64,000 bases of DNA from Perna viridis. Its lineage: Eukaryota. This document shows, piece by piece, positions 36,171-49,784 of this stretch. Every line of letters starts with the position of its first letter. The stretch's first letter is position 1. The DNA lies in NCBI GenBank assembly GCA_037379345.1, contig CM074517.1, positions 48,034,577 to 48,098,576 on the forward strand. Reading direction: 5' to 3'. The translations under genes were made by a program, and so were the position numbers. A model generated the notes under the pieces. It did no database searches, was not told the origin of the DNA, and saw only the letters and a program-made list of their open reading frames with translations.

Positions 36171-37541
36171 AAAAAAAAAATTGTTACAAAAATTTATAAT
36201 TTACATTCTAATTGAAAATTTTGCATATGGGGTAATGGGAAACTTTTTATTTCTACATGAAAGTTTTTGGTAAATGTTTCACAAGTTCGTATGATATGGA
36301 AAATGAGTTAGTCAATTTTTTATGGATTTTGGAAAAAATAAGATTTTTAAAGGATAGACCCTTTTTGTGCTAACAGTGGGCTAGAGCATGCCCAGTAAAC
36401 ACTTCTGTGAGGAAAATTTGTTTGTTCTCCCCAAGCCCTTCCTTGTGGTAGTGTATATTGAGCATGCTCACCAACTCACCACAAAAGGGTCTGTTTTCAG
36501 TCTAATTAAAATTAGCTCATCAATTGTTCCATTTAGTCACTGCATGTAAGATCTAACTGCACTCCATTCTACTTTCTGTTCAAATGACTTTTTTTTGGAT
36601 TCCTTAGGGTTTTCCGTTTGAATAATTGAAGGATTTTTTTTCACAATCCTATAGAAGTCAATTGGATTACTTTGAAAGTACTTTAATTCGTGGATACCAG
36701 TTTTTGTGGAAGAAACACAATTTTAAGGATTCTTGATTTCATGGTATTGAGGTTTTCAGTCAACACATCTATGGACGTCTCCTTTTTGTTGGGAAGCAAA
36801 TTATGTGGTTTGGCCTACCCATGAAAACCACGAAAATTGGTACCCCACAAACAAAAGTACTTTCAAGGTATATCTCATTGCCATTGTTTAGTAAAATTTG
36901 TTCTTTTGTGCCCTTCAAAACCTGAGTTAAGAAATAAATATGTATGTCGTCCGTTTATTCTAGAAATAAGAAGTTAACTCCATTTCTCTCTTTCTCTGAA
37001 TATTGGCAATAGAACTGTAGTGTTCTAAAAATAGAAAGAAGTGTCATGCTTTAATGGGCATGTCATGATATTCTATGGCAAATAGCAGTTCCAATGCTTT
37101 TAATTAAGTCCATAAAGGTAATCACATCTCTGTGACAATTTGTGGCTATTTCCAGTTTCCAATTATTTATCTGAGCAAAAATCAATAAGAATTCCATTCA
37201 CAAACTGAATTCATTGATAGAACTTGGAAGTTCGTATTAGATTGGCATGAATAAAACTATGCTGTAAATTGATGAATGAAAATGAGATCAATATTGTTTC
37301 ATCAATTTAATGCTTGAATCTTAATAAAAAAAGCATTCTTAGCCAATCATAAGAAAATGTTAGCTAATTTTACGTGTTGGCTGTTAGTAATAAGTATGAA
37401 TTGGGTATATTTGATCATAATATGCCACCATAACCACATAAATGTGATATTAATAGGGTAATTAATTGGAAAGAGTGATATGAAATATGATCACGATGTT
37501 TGATGAACACCTAGAGTTAAATCTTAATGCGTCCTTGGCAG

Positions 37542-37637
37542 GAATGATCATATTTTGGTTATTCATGAATGATCATATTTTGGTTATTCACGAATGATCA
37601 TATTTTGGTTATTCACGAGTGATCATATTTTGGTTAT
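37542..37637. repeat. 25-bp minisatellite x4
   Basis: gaatgatcatattttggttattca(c/t). Confidence 0.9.
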
Positions 37638-38029
37638 GGACGAGAACCCGCTGATTATCCTATTTATTGTATATATTTCCTTCATTATTCACTGCTGTTT
37701 TCAACATAAATTTAAAAATTTTGTGAACGGCGGATTGATAATCATGTTGTGACATTTTAGCGGGAGAAAGTGTGAGAGCGAAATTACCAAATTTATTTCA
37801 CAGTGTGAATTATGGAAAATTTTTTCATGGGAACATTCAGCAAAACAATGCTATCTATATAATAAATTATAATTCCTACTGGTAGTGTGCTTCAAATAAA
37901 AGTATAGGGAAATACCAAATATCAACTTATTTATTAAACACCAGTAATAATTTTCAGATGATAAAAAGGAGGGTATTGTCTATTGTCTATCAACCAACTT
38001 AAACAAAATTTTACAAACAACCCAGGATC

Positions 38030-38710
38030 AAATGACAGTAAGACATATCCTATCTTAGGTCAGTTTGTTCCATCTTAGTGACAGTGAGTCATAATTCAAT
38101 GACAAGAGAACAGGTCTTAGGATAGTTTGATTCATCTTAGTGACAGTGAGTCTAAATTCAATGACAATAGGACACATTTTCAGACATTTTGATCCATCTG
38201 AATGACAATGAATCTTACCTCAATGACAATAAGACAGATTTTAGGACAGTTTGATCCATCTAAGTGACAGTAAGTCTGAATTCAACGACAATAGGACAGA
38301 TCTTAGGACAGTTTGATAAATCCAAGTGATAGTGAGTCTAAACTCGATGACAATAGGACTGTTTGATGCATTTTAGTGACAGTGAGTCTAAACTCGATGA
38401 CAAGAGGACAGTTTGAGCTATCAAAGTGACAGTGAGTTTAAACTCAATGATAATAGGACAAATCTTATGACAGTTTGATCCATCTTATTGACAGTGAGAC
38501 AGGTCTCAAGGACAGTTTGGTCCACCTTAGTGACAGTGTGACAGGTCTCAAGGACAGTTTGACACATCTGTAAGACAATAAGACAGGTCTCTAGGACAGT
38601 TTGACACTTATCAATGACAGTGAGACAGGTCTCAAGGACAGTTTGACACATATCAGTGACAGTGAGACAGGTCTCAAGGTCAGTTTGACACACATCAAAG
38701 ACAGTGAGAA
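38030..38710. repeat. Degenerate GACAG-rich tandem array (~63-bp then ~42-bp units)
   Basis: gtgacagtgagacaggtctcaaggacagtttgacac variants. Confidence 0.85.
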
Positions 38711-40156
38711 TGGAAAAATGATATGTGTCAAGAAAGCAGAGAAAAGCAAATAAACTTATGTATACACAAACTCTATTTACACATTGAAAAATGTCTTATC
38801 TTTCTTATTCTATTACCATTTTAAATGCTGAGAAATATTAATCAGCAAAATTTGTAAGTAATTGTAAAATAATGAAATCCTTTTCAAGATTGAAGGCAGC
38901 ACAAATGGCTGTTAAAACTGTTAAACTTTCACAAATGATTTACAACTTAAATTGATGATATGCATCAAACAGATGATTAAATGGCTATCTATTATAGACA
39001 TGAAGCTTTGTAGGGAATGACTTGTGAAGTACCGGAGATAAACATTTTTAAAGTGTATAGATTCTGTGATGAAATCATAACTTCAGTGAGATATTATGAT
39101 AAAGCTCAACTTAAAGAAATTGATAAATCTTTTCTTTGGCTTCATTGAGAAATATCATTATAAGATATTTTTGTTGAAACTATTTAATATCAATTGAAGT
39201 TTATATGCCATTCATTGTTAATGCATTTTAAGTACCCTTCAGTTTTATTTATACTGACCACAAAAATTCTCACATATTGAAGTGCAAGTCTTTGCAAGAA
39301 TGTGGCAAAAATAAAAATAAAAAAAATAACTATGTCTCAGGGCATTTTGTGGGGTTTAAGGTGTAAAAAAATCTCTATATCTGTGGATATGAATGTATGT
39401 AATTAAAGTATTCAGTCAGTGGAAATCATATGTATGACTGGTAAATATTTGGTCAATGCATTTGGACTGCATCAGTATGAGTAGATTCTAATGATTACTA
39501 CGATTCTTGAATCATTTGATAGTGAAATGATTAATCGATTTTGATTTGTTATTTAATTAACTTCTGGTCAGTGTTTTCCGTCTTAAACACGCAGTACATA
39601 AACCAGAACAGTTTTCATCATTTTAAATTGGATTTAGTTTTAATTAGATGTAAGTGAAAGTACAGTGTATCCTCTTTAAACCAAACCCTGAAAAATCTAA
39701 AAACCTGTCTAAAGTTTATTTACCTGTCTAAACCAAAACAACAATTAAGTCTAGAAGGGTTTAGATAGATTTCACTGTACACATGGTACCTGCCCTTACG
39801 ACCAGTGTCTGCTGGTGTACAAAAATGTATAAAAATAAAATGAAATGTTTATACTATTCTTTAACAATGTAATGCTTAATTGTAATCCATTCTTATCCCA
39901 GTATACAGTTCGACCATTTACAATCAATAATCAGTTAATTACCAATAACCAATACAAAATGTAGTACATGTACTAGATAAATGGTAATTTTTACTGATTG
40001 AACAACTGTAGTTTAATCTTGACTGTGTTTTACCCACTACTTAAGTACTTCCTTGTTTTAAGAAGTACACTTACAACGACTTATTATTGTTATATACACA
40101 TGTGGTAATTAATTAATATTAACATTTTATATTTGTTCTTTTTTTGTTTTAGGAAG

Positions 40157-41134
40157 ATGGCGTCTTTCAGACTGGGCGGGCCAACTTATAAAGTCCACCA
40201 GGTACCCGAACATTTCCATGAACACTTTATCATGAGTGGGTACCGCCATCCAAAGAGCAGTTTTAAACAATGTATACTCTCGGTTTTCGACGCTACAAAT
40301 GAAACCTTAAATTTTTGGACTCATTTCTTACCATCAATGTATTTCCTTTGGGTAATGAAAGGACTTTCTGACACTTTGGATTTCCGACATGATTCCTACA
40401 CATGGCCGTTATTGTGCTACATGTTTGCTTGTATCATTTTACCCTTGACATCTGCCATGGCCCATACATTCAATGTTATGTCAGATTATGCCAGGCATGT
40501 CTGTTTCTTCATGGACTATGGATCATTATCTTTGTTTAGTACCGGTGTTGCTATTGCATACAGAGCCTATTCCTTCCCACAAGGACTTGTAAATACCTGG
40601 TTTGGTGATTATTATGTCTTTGGCGCTGTTATATTTAACCTGCTCTGTACAATTACCTCTTGTCAGACACGCTTCATGAAACTTTCATTTTTTCGACAAG
40701 TGTTACGCCTCAGTGCTTTTGCTGTGCCATATATCTATGACATTGTTCCTATTGTGTATCGCCTCATTTTCTGTGAACCTGATGAATGTCAGTTGGAGTC
40801 CCAATTTGAACATGCTCGTCAATTCATTTTTGTGATCACTGCAGCATTTTTGTATGCAACCCATCTCCCTGAACGACTTAATCCTGGATGTTTTGATATT
40901 GTGGGTCACAGCCATCAGTTATTCCACGTCAGCACCATTCTAGGGACTTTAGACCAAATGCAAGCTACGCTTCACGATATGCGAATACGCCGTGGCATAT
41001 TACCTGAGGCACCAAAGTTAGGATTCCTTGGAAACAGTCATGGAATATTGGTTGCTGTGATGGTGTTGAATACGGTCATAATATTTGGGTATACTGCCAA
41101 ACTATCATCATGGTTCCAAAAAAAGAAAAGCTGA
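40157..41134 (+). CDS. Membrane progestin receptor gamma-like PAQR family protein, 325 aa, single coding exon
   Basis: Uninterrupted ORF with about 7 hydrophobic segments and PAQR/CREST motifs GYR, NETLNFWTH, SAMAH, DYG, PERLNPGCFDIVGHSHQLFH. The N-terminus resembles the PAQR5/6 class. Acceptor ttttag at 40152 lies 4 nt before the ATG. Confidence 0.93.
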   Translation: MASFRLGGPTYKVHQVPEHFHEHFIMSGYRHPKSSFKQCILSVFDATNETLNFWTHFLPSMYFLWVMKGLSDTLDFRHDSYTWPLLCYMFACIILPLTSAMAHTFNVMSDYARHVCFFMDYGSLSLFSTGVAIAYRAYSFPQGLVNTWFGDYYVFGAVIFNLLCTITSCQTRFMKLSFFRQVLRLSAFAVPYIYDIVPIVYRLIFCEPDECQLESQFEHARQFIFVITAAFLYATHLPERLNPGCFDIVGHSHQLFHVSTILGTLDQMQATLHDMRIRRGILPEAPKLGFLGNSHGILVAVMVLNTVIIFGYTAKLSSWFQKKKS

Positions 41135-44100
41135 TATCACTTTATTGTAAACTGTTAAGGCTAGTGTTTTTTTATATTTCTATTTATTTTTGTAGAACTT
41201 TTGCCTTCATCTTGTTAGCTTGTACTGCTGAACCATAGTAAATATGGAAATTATTGCAGTGACCAACCACTTATTATTAAATTGGTCAGAAACATTTACA
41301 TGTTTTCTTTACACTGATCAAGTTGGGATTTTGTTTTTGAAACACTGGTATCTATTTCTTGATTATTTTTTTTTGCACCATTGATATGGTTTTGATACTT
41401 ATAGTTGTTGTTAAAATAAGAAAATAAGATCTAGTGCTTATTGTGGAAAGATATATGTACATGTATGATGAATGTATTACACTTTAATGAAAATAATGAT
41501 AAGAAAGTACCATCAAACTATTTAAACATTTATAAATGGCTCACCATTTAATTAATATTGTTAAACCTCTGGTTGTATGGGCAGTATGTAGTGGTCGTGG
41601 TGTCTGTCTGTCTGTTCATCTGTCTACAACTTTTCATGACAGTTTTCTCAGCTACTTGATATTTTGACAAAGGTTTTATATACATGTATGTATACCATAT
41701 CACAGAATTCAGTAAAGCAACATCTAATTCTTTTTTGATGATTCGTTTATATTTGGTTACTTCAGTAGGGAGTGGGAGGGGCTGTGGGTATCTTAAAGTA
41801 ACCTTTGCTCACTGTTTGTTTCTAGTTGATTCTTGCAGTAATTTCTGAATTTACACCAACATACATATGTTTTTTTCTTGTTGATTTTTTTGTTGCTATT
41901 TGTAATTTATGATTTTGCTACATATATATTTCTTTATATTCACTTCGTTTTTGTGCAAATGTACACACGTATACTTTAGTTTTTTTATATATAATAGACA
42001 AGCTAGATTATAATCACATCAAATATGATCTCACTTCCTTGTTGTTCACAATGTGGTAGAGCTAACAAGGCTCATTTAGGGGTCTAATATATCACCTTCA
42101 TAGTGTGTTTCAATATCAATTAAATGATAGATAAATTAAATGTTATTTAAGGCTATGAAAATTATGGGATGCAATTTGGTAAAATTAAGTTTCAACAAAC
42201 TTACAAATAGATGAGAAAAATCCTATAATGACCATTTTGTATTTAACCGTCTATTTGGAATTTGATAATACTGTATTCAACATATAAAGAGAATTCTTTT
42301 GGCTTAGCAAAGTACATGTTATTGGCATTTTCTGTGATTTATCTATTTTTGGCTGATTTTTGTGTCAAGTGTCATTGCTTAAAAAAAAGTTTTGTTTCCA
42401 ATATACAGCCATGGATTAAAAATCATTTAACCTGTATCTGAATTTGACAAATTCCAAAATTTTCCGGCTCCCACACAAAGTAAAGGTAGGTTAGTCCTGT
42501 TCATTAAATACAAGATTTCTCCTTTAATGAAAGACAACTCTTACAAATGGGAGATAACTCTGCATTCCACAAATTAGGATAAATGTCAAGTCACTTCAAC
42601 TTACCTCTTTTGTGAGTTATGTTAGAGCTTTAAACAATTGCATATCAAGCTTTTTGCATACAACATGACTAAAACTATAAGTTTTGGCCCAGTACTAATG
42701 TACTTTGTAACAGATGTGTGTGTAAAGCTATTGATTTGATGTGTAATCGTGTTTGTATTGTTTACCTTTAAGATTTTGACATTATTGTTTAGATTTTGAA
42801 GGGCAAAAACTGTACGTAAAATAATTCCATGCTTTTGTAGTATTTGATGATGTTTATTTGTTGAAAGGTCACAAGTTGTTTTTTTTAAGCCAATTTAAAA
42901 AATATATATTAAAAGTAGAGTATACAAACTATTTTGTTAAAATGTACCTCAATGTTTAATTGAGTTTTAGGTCAGATATGTTTTTTTACCCAAAGAATCA
43001 AAATTTGTAATAGATCTAGTATTAATTGATTGTCAGTCTCCTTATTAGTGAAATTGACATGGAGGAATAATTCTAGATGTGTTTAAAACCATCAACTAGG
43101 TATTGATTTTTTTATGATTAGGAAAAAACATCAGTTTCTCTAACCTTAAATGTGTTTTGCAAATCAATATTTTTTATACCCCAACTCAGCTAAAGATGGT
43201 TAACTGGAATCATCTTGTCCATCTGCCATTGAGTCTGTTAAGTTGCAGTTGTCCAATAGATGGATTGATTTTAAATTTGCCTGAGGCCTTATATAGATTT
43301 ATCATACATTTCAAGTGATTTTAGGTGCTCTCCTATATTTAATTTTTGTACAAGGGTATATATTTCAAACTTCATGTTGCTTTTATTTGTAGAAGCTCCA
43401 TTTACTTGCCCAAATAATAGTCTGACAAAGATCAAAGTCAGTTTAAATAACGGAGTTACTTCTCACTGAATTTTTATTTTAATTTTTAGAACCCTGAAAC
43501 TGAATACTCTGTATCAGTTTTGGGAAGAATTTCCAGATATAGCTGTTAACCCTGTGACATTGATGTTACACAGGCTTCTTTGAAAATCTTTGATCTATTC
43601 ATAGTATTGAGAATTGTTATTTGTGTTGAAATCCTTGATGGCTTTCTAAGATTTTTTTCCTAACTAATGAAAACATTCAGCTGCTTTCCTACTGAAGCAC
43701 TCTGTTATGATCTGTCTGAATAAATACTTTCTATTTTGATACTGACAATATCATATGGAACAACTTGTCAAGCACGTGAGAATCAGTTGAGATGGTCAGT
43801 ATCAAAATCGAATGTAATTATTTTTTTGTTTATCAGTAATCTGATATTTGCATTTTGGTCATTTTAATGTACTTTGAGCAAAAAATGTAGTAGTGCATGG
43901 AACTACAAAATTCTGATGAGTGACTTCATTTTGAATCAAAACTCTAAAGAAGATCTGATCACATCATGATCACTCTCAATGTTTTGATTGATATTTTTTA
44001 ATGTCATGTAGGAGACATAAATAATATCTGTCAACATGATCAAAGAAAAAAGTACAGATTACTGATAAAAAAACAAAAACCTGTTTTATCAAGTGAGATT

Positions 44101-44755
44101 ACTGTTAAAGAGTAAAATGTTGCTGTTTCTATCCCATCATACAAGTGCTACTCTTTAATATGTGTTAATATCTATGGAGTATATTTTGTATTATTTTATA
44201 GAAAATGGTGCAATGTCGATTGTATAAAAAACCGTAATATTTATTTACAGAAGAATTTTATTATGTTACTAATATTATTTGGTGTGTTTAATTGTTATAT
44301 ATATGTACCATTGTTGTTGAAATCCAATGTTTTATATTTAAGGCCAAAAATATTTACATGAGAGTATGATAAAATATTCAGGGGTTAAAGTTTACATGGA
44401 ATTGTTAGGTACAAAGTCTCGCCTGGTTCCAGATGTTTTAGGTCTGTACACATTTACATGTAGGTGATTATTCAGACTTTTTATTCACGTATGTTCAGGT
44501 CTGATATGCTTATTTAGACCAAAAGTTCAATAACATGAGTTGGAAGCACATTACTCAATGTGTTCAAAGATGTTCTTACAAATTTTCATATGCCAATCTT
44601 TTAACAAACAGGATATGGTATATTTCTGTCCATTACATTGTAAATTGTACTTTAGCAAAACAAATAAATTGATCAATTTTAACAAAAAAAACAGGTAGTA
44701 TATTTGTCCTTAGCCAATACGTATAGAGCTCCCTTCTGTTTTCATTTGTTTCCTA

Positions 44756-45586
44756 TTTTTAGCTCACCTGGATCAAAGGTCACAGTGAGCTTATGACTTC
44801 ACTTCGTGTCCATCGTCTGTTTTCCATTAAGTTTTCACATTTTATTCCACTACATGAAAACCTTGTGTTCAATTTTAACCGAACTTGCCAGAAATATATA
44901 TGCAAGAACTTCCACAAAACATGCACTTTTGGTTGCATTTAAGCTTCTGAGTGACCAATTTTCTAAGAATATCTTCTCTGAAACCACAGGTGCCAATGTT
45001 TTGAAACTTGATAGGTTTGATAACCTTAATGCCCTCTACAAATGATCCACTCTCTGTTTTGCTCAGGTGGCTCCTGTAGGTGACTGCAGTCACTCGAATT
45101 TGTGATTAAAACCCTATGGGAAACACATTTTGGCCTATATCTGTTTCAACTCCGACAGTGTTGACCAAACATGGCAGAAATAATGAAAGGGACAACTTAA
45201 CATGTTAACATATTTGGTTCTGCTTGATTAAACAAGATGGTGACCAGATGCTATTTAAATTTCTGAATGGCCAATTTTCAAAGTTCAACTTCTTTAGATC
45301 TGTAACCACAGGTGTCAGTGGTTTTAAACTTGATAGATTTAATGACCTCAATGCCTCCTACAAACAATTCACTTTTTGTGGCTCAGGTGGCTGTGGCCAA
45401 TTAAAGTTACCATATGGACAAATATTTTGGCCTATATCTCTACCTATAAGTGGCCAATGTGGTTTAGCGGATGACAGGATTGATGTATGTTTAAAGGACT
45501 CTGTTTTGTATAAATGATCAAATGATATGACCACATGATTTCAAATTATCCAGGTGAGTGAGTCAGGCACTTTTGAGCCTCTAGTT
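44756..45586 (+). mobile_element. Non-autonomous Helentron (HINE) with internal repeats
   Basis: tttttagctcacctg start, caggtgag subterminal IR, short 3' hairpin and ctagtt end; duplicated internal block (about 44950-45070 and 45270-45390). Confidence 0.75.
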
Positions 45587-46150
45587 ATTGCTATAGAGTT
45601 TCAGGCACAACATGGGGATAGCATATGATATCCTTAGGCAGTAAGTGTTATATAAATGTTTGACCCCATTTAACTGAAGGCCTTAAGTCCTAAGTTATGT
45701 CATTACCCCTTATTTGTCTTCATAAGTAAGAACTAGTTGTAGGTGGTAAATTATTTTATCATATAGTTACATTAAAAATAAATTTTTTGTATATGCACTA
45801 CAAATGATTGTTTAAACCATACATTGTTTATTATATCACATACCCTATATTACACCCCTTCTCAGAGCACACTTGATGTATAGTTAAAATATTTGATATA
45901 ATGAATATGCCAAAATCTGTATCATATGAGGTATCAATCCATGGGCCAGTAGTCTTGGGGGTGTAATCAGGGTCTTAGGTCGAAATAGCATATGATACAA
46001 ATTATGCATGTAATGTTCAATATAGTAAATATGATCTCTTGTTTCATAATGTATTATACTGTGATACTGCAATATATGGGTAACTTACAATTTATAAGTT
46101 TGTTAAAAAAAATCAGGTTCAATTCATGTACTTTTCATTGTTATGTTTAA

Positions 46151-46346
46151 GGAGTAGACCTAGGGTAAGGGATATAACTCTTGAAATCAGTGATATGTTA
46201 ACATCATAGTAATTTCTCCAAAGCCTAACAAGCTTCCATTTGAAACATAATGAAATCAGTCAAGCCACTTTGATGCTTAAATGTGATTGAGTACAAATGT
46301 TTCTGTGATTTGTAGGAGTTGCGTTCCTTACCTTAGGTCTACCTCC
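46151..46346. mobile_element. Kolobok-like MITE
   Basis: ttaa|ggagtagacctagggtaagg ... ccttaccttaggtctacctcc|ttaa (TTAA TSD, purine termini). Confidence 0.8.
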
Positions 46347-48157
46347 TTAAGAAAACTGAATGTTTTAAAGTACATGTATCTATTCCCTTATTTACAACAG
46401 TGATCATGATCAAAAAGGTTTCATTGTTTTTTATCTTCTATCCAACGATAATGTGTTCAATTGTTTTTCTGTATGTAATTCATACAGGTTTGCTCACAAA
46501 TTTTATGTTAGAAAATTAAATTTATTGAGGGGCCAAGGTCATGTTTTATTTTCCTTGATCTAGACAGTCTGAGTTTAAATTGACCTTCAAGTATTTAATT
46601 TTTGAACAAAGATATGAACAAAGTTGATGATGTATTTTAGCTCATCTGTCATGGTATTGGAACTGTTGTAGTGTTTTAACGTAATGTTTTCCGGTATTCA
46701 TGTTAATTAATTATGGTCACCAATGGCTTTATTGGGTTAAGGGTTACCAAAGGAATTGTTGTTATAACCCACCTTATTTATATATGTTTTTTTTTTATTT
46801 TAAAAATGTTTGTATTGCAATGAATTTGTTAAAGTTGAATATATCTTCATAACTGTCAATGGCTCATAAAATTAATCTGTTGGAATATCTTTTTTTGAAA
46901 TTTTAGAATTTTATCAGTAATTTGAGTAAATTGAAAGTATTTTGAAAACTTCATACATTGAATTTATACCATTCTTTCAAAATTATACGATTTTGAAAGT
47001 TTTTGCTGATATAATGAAAAATGCCATATTTATGGTTTGAATTTGCTAATATTTATCATAACTTTTTTCATGCTGTACCCCGGTGAGGAATCCAGTTTTT
47101 GGAACAACTAGCTATTTGCTATATGGATTTTTGTTAATTTGATTATTGCCTAGAGTTCGCCTATAAATCAGTTTGGTAATTTTGTTATAGTTCTTTATTG
47201 GTTTGCAATACCACAAATGTTTACCTCAAGGGGGCCATTGTTTGGTGTATAAGTGTAAAAGAAGCAGGTTCTTAAATGGAAAATCGTTATTTTTTTTAAC
47301 AACTGTCAATTTTTTGTTCAGATAAGAGAATTCCATTTCTTTAGGAAGACTTCTTTTTCAATATTATCTATGTAGACATTATCTTATTTTAGTGTGTGTA
47401 TTTGTTTTCTGTACTAAAGAGTTATAACTGATTAGTGTTTACAGACATCTTCCAGTCATATCAATGAATTATATGGCTTCTATAAATTACATGCCATGCT
47501 TCAGTATTGGTTTGTAGCCTATTTTGACTGTTAAGTGTCATTCTATCTATGAATCAGGCAGTGGTTGAAACATTGTATGAAAAACCCACCATTTAGAAAG
47601 TTAGATTTGACTATTTGCACCATCAGAATCAAGGAAATCAAAATAATCCATATCATTTGGATAAATTAAATAATACTTCATTAAAATGCACTAACCATGA
47701 ATTTATCAAGGGTAGATAACTCTGTCAAAAACCTCATTTTTCTAATATTCTATTGAAATTTTTTTGAGCAAATCCAGAGATGCAGATATCAAATAATGGT
47801 CTTTTCAAATAGAGAAAGCATCCTTGACCAAATTTGTGTCGTCAGATTGGTGGGTTTTTGACACGCATGTTTCTGATTTTTTTTTTTCATTTTGCTTGAT
47901 TCTTACAAAAACTTACACTTAACAACAGAACTCCTCATCTCCCTTCTTTCTATAATTCAATAAGTTTTCTGTTAGCATTGTTATGTGGAATGTTTTTGTC
48001 TCTGGAAGCTGTCTATATATAAGCTTAGGCCCTGTACAGGTCCAGGTGTTAAAAGAACAGGCCTGCAGCAGCACTAAGCTTGTTGTTTTTGTCTCTGGAA
48101 GCTGTCTATATATAAATCTTAGAATTGTATTAATATCAAACATACTCTGTTAAGCCC

Positions 48158-48286
48158 TAAATAGTTCATACATACAAAGATTCAATGAAGTACATGTATG
48201 TAAATAGTTCATACATACAAAGATTCAATGAAGTACATGTATGTAAATAGTTCATACATACAAAGATTCAATGAAGTACATGTATG
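48158..48286. repeat. 43-bp perfect tandem x3
   Basis: taaatagttcatacatacaaagattcaatgaagtacatgtatg. Confidence 0.95.
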
Positions 48287-49784
48287 TACATTGGCAGAAA
48301 TTATTGCTTGATTCTGGACCACTTAAATATTCACTTCACATTGACAGCACAAATAATTACATCTTTTGGATAGTTCAGATAGTCAATTTTTATGTTAAAA
48401 GCATTGTGTTTGATCATTTATTGCTTGGCTTTTTGTGGATGACTTTCTCATTGCCAAACTTACCACATCTCCTATTTTTATGTGAAATATCTTTCTCTGC
48501 AGGACCAAAATATCAAAAGGTGAAAGAATCCAGTTTTGATTTAAGACAATGTTCATTCAGTTTTGCTGTTGTCTTTTGAAATAGGACTCTTAACCACTTT
48601 AAATGGGGATACAAGAATTGTCACAGGATGAAGCATTTAATCTGTCACAGGATGAAGCATTTAATCTGTCTTTTTTCATATGGATAAAAAAATGTGACTC
48701 AAAAGCTAAAAAAGAAGACTATAATTACATATTTTCTTGTGTATCTGACACAAAAATAGGAGGAAAATGGAAAGGAAAAAAACCAGAAGTTAATTTGTAA
48801 AGAACAGCTGGCTCACATAATTGTTTATTTATCCTGTAAAATGTGGGGAGGTAAAACTATCAATCAATAGACAATAGTGGTATATTCATATGTGTCTGGT
48901 CTTTGTCTATAGTAGAGAAGCCAAAAATAAACATGCTGCAATACCTATAATTATACATAGAACCTGTTATTTATTGTACTAGGCTTTTTATTTGTTATTT
49001 ATGTGATAAAAATTGTAGAACTTGTAAAATAAAGCTTTATTTTAATACTGTAAGAGAATTGTCTAGTTATAACTTGCCCATCAACAATAAAACAACACCC
49101 TGTCACGGCATTTGAAGCTTTTGATTATGAAACTTTCTATAATTTTATGACATGTAATTTTATATCATATTCACCTAGTTTATCACTTCTTGCTCGAAGT
49201 TACCTTTTACTCATCAAACATTTAAGAAAAAAAAAACGATTTCTAGTTGATTCACATAAATTTTTGCGTCAGGGTAGCAGTTAAGACTGCTTAGTTACAA
49301 GATTTTTGAACCATGCTAAAGGTTATGTTGCCACACGACAAAGATTATTGTGGTTGAGAATATTGTGTTATTTTGATCATGATATGACCATCTCCACCAT
49401 GATAATATATTTGTTGTAATTTCCCATTCTTTTATTCTGCATTTTACCCTCTTTGAGCAACTGGTTGGATGTTTTCCAAAAAAAAAGAAAACAAATAAAA
49501 ACAAAAAACAAAAAACAAAAAAAACTGAGGACTCTTATCGTACTAATGCATGTGGTTCCAGGTATATAGTTCCGTATAGATTGTTAGTGGTTGCTATTTT
49601 TTTCTGCAGTTCCTGTGTGTTTGTTTTGGTAAACTGTGTTATTGTAACATCACGTTACATCACTTTATACCACATTTCCTACCTCTTACATTATTTCTAT
49701 CTTTGAAAGAAAGTTAACAAAAATGTAACAAGTTTTATTCTGTAGGCAATATAAAAGAATCAAATGAAAATGAATAAGTTTATT

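Noticed and set aside
38421-38693. 90-aa ORF with CQTVLETCLTV repeats
   Set aside because: Product of the 42-bp tandem repeat; no splice or homology support.
40133-40156. N-terminal MFFFCFRK extension of the PAQR ORF in the ORF track
   Set aside because: It is the polypyrimidine tract/acceptor; the real start is ATG 40157.
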